From Chloroflexota bacterium (GTDB lineage Bacteria; Chloroflexota; Limnocylindria; Limnocylindrales; Limnocylindraceae): a stretch of 56,308 nt of DNA. The notes beneath the pieces are model-generated. The model had not been told where the DNA came from. It did no database searches and saw only the letters and a list, made by a program, of their open reading frames with translations. Within the stretch, counting starts at the first letter, position 1; each line of letters begins with the position of its first letter. Made by a program: the position numbers and the translations under genes. The DNA lies in assembly GCA_041176225.1 (NCBI GenBank), contig JBEDDM010000002.1:1-56308 (forward strand). Reading direction: 5' to 3'. Shown here in pieces: positions 55,173 to 56,308 of this stretch.

Positions 55173-56308
55173 TCATGCGTCAGGCTGTGCGCTGCCAAGA
55201 TGGCAGCGGCTCTCCAGCGAGGCGAGTGTTGCCGCCTGGTCTGGGCCCAAGTCTGAACGAAGTCGCGTGATCCGTGGGGAGCGGAGGGCGAAGCCCGATG
55301 CGGTCCGCTCGCTCCTGCGTACCGCATCAAAGGCAACCTCGGCGACCAAGCGCGGCTCAACACTGCGATACGAACCGAGTTGCGCAATCGTGTGCGCCTC
55401 TAGCCACTGACTGAGGGCAGCAACCTCTGCGTCTGGCAGCGAAACGGTGGCACGACCAATGGTTGCAAGTCGTCCAGAGAGATCGTCTCGCACGGCAAAC
55501 GTGCACTCAGAGAGGAGCGCGCGGCGGCGACCGAGCCCTGGCTCTGCGCCAACAATGATGACATCAATGGTGTCCAACGATCGCTTCACCTTGAGCCATC
55601 CAGATCCGCGACGACCGGGTGCGTACGGTGCGTCTGGTGCCTTTACGACAAGTCCCTCACACCCACGCTGGCGCGCGTGGATGAATGCAGACTCAATCGC
55701 CTCGGCCCCTTCTACCTGCACACGGGTTGCGATCCGGATTTGCCCGTCACTGATCTGCTCGAGCCGCAGCTCTTCGAGCGCACGGCGACGCTCGTGATAC
55801 GGCTGCTGGATCAACGGCTCACCACTTCGCGCCAGACAATCAAACGCAATGAAGAGTACGAGGGTGCGCTCCTGCGCTGAAAGTGTCTGTGCCCCGCCGG
55901 TCAGTCGAGAGATGAGTGTGCTGGAAGGTAGCGGGCGTCCATCCTCCCAGGCAACAATCTCTCCATCGAGAATGCCGCTGATTCCCGCGGCGCGTGCAGC
56001 GGCGGCGATCTCAGGGAATGACACGGTCACGTCGTGAAGGTCGCGGCCAAACAGAGCGGCGCGTTCACCATCAACGTGTAGCTGCGCGCGGACACCGTCG
56101 TACTTATCCTCAACGGCAACCGCGAACTCTGGGCGACCCGCGAACTCTGGGCGTTCGCTGAGTCGCTCCACAACCTCTGGGACGCCGGACGTGGCGGCGG
56201 CGAGCATCGGCGGGATTGGGTGAAAGAGTTGCAGGCGTGCCTCGTGCAGGCGGCCGCTACGGGCGAGCAGCGCCACCCTCCCTGGATCCCCTTCAAGGAG
56301 CATCGCCC
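55173..56308 (-). CDS. ATP-dependent DNA ligase, C-terminal ~378 aa (5' end beyond the right edge)
   Basis: Motif I EDKYDGVRAQ, adenylation and OB-fold pattern (LVVKAPDAPYAPGRRGSGWLKVK). The frame is open to nt 56308. Confidence 0.9.
   Translation of the reverse strand, partial: AMLLEGDPGRVALLARSGRLHEARLQLFHPIPPMLAAATSGVPEVVERLSERPEFAGRPEFAVAVEDKYDGVRAQLHVDGERAALFGRDLHDVTVSFPEIAAAARAAGISGILDGEIVAWEDGRPLPSSTLISRLTGGAQTLSAQERTLVLFIAFDCLARSGEPLIQQPYHERRRALEELRLEQISDGQIRIATRVQVEGAEAIESAFIHARQRGCEGLVVKAPDAPYAPGRRGSGWLKVKRSLDTIDVIIVGAEPGLGRRRALLSECTFAVRDDLSGRLATIGRATVSLPDAEVAALSQWLEAHTIAQLGSYRSVEPRLVAEVAFDAVRRSERTASGFALRSPRITRLRSDLGPDQAATLASLESRCHLGSAQPDA

Overview
This is a high-GC bacterial chromosomal segment (about 65% GC in a typical coding block I counted, dipping to about 49% in places). 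It is almost fully coding, with about 59 CDS. Many junctions are 4-nt ATGA/GTGA start/stop overlaps, so much of the window is organised as long translationally coupled operons. By eye I found no rRNA or tRNA genes, no CRISPR array, and no transposase, integrase or phage genes. The gene content (OpcA, a DDN/F420-type oxidoreductase, DinB, FdhD plus a YdeP-type molybdoenzyme, strong GGAGG Shine-Dalgarno sites) suggests Actinomycetota or a similar high-GC monoderm lineage, but I cannot confirm this without a search.

Blocks from left to right:
- pyrG (partial) and an EamA transporter.
- A seven-gene pentose-phosphate supercluster, tkt-rpiB-pgi-gnd-zwf-opcA-pgl, followed by tdk.
- pstSCAB with an extra lipoprotein gene coupled to pstB.
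- A divergent EamA pair, then ybaK-ycaQ.
- The liv branched-chain amino acid ABC operon, whose LivG carries a hydrophobic insertion.
- manA-like and aspC-like genes, then glsB-like and citrate synthase.
- A roughly 9.7-kb minus-strand gene train: YdeP-type oxidoreductase, MobA, CPD photolyase, DUF2256, FeS (6-4)-type photolyase, MFS, PTE-like hydrolase, GATase1-like protein, DinB.
- purA-purB, fdhD, and a double zinc-ribbon protein.
- A plus-strand train: aquaporin, DDN, azlCD, DHOD-like, cdd, MFS.
- Two unlisted tiny membrane ORFs, rmuC, a 73-aa ORF, a threonine-dehydratase-like gene, GNAT and EamA.
- An orphan OmpR-type wHTH, a membrane protein, a class V PLP enzyme, and a partial ATP-dependent DNA ligase.

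Nothing here resembles a known defence, toxin or mobile system. The candidates most worth following up are:
- the photolyase-containing coupled gene train with its uncharacterised PTE/GATase1-like/DinB tail;
- the two-transmembrane insertion inside the LivG ATPase;
- the binding-protein-like lipoprotein hard-wired to pstB;
- the strongly SD-driven tiny membrane ORFs.

All functional calls rest on motif recognition from memory. No database search was run.
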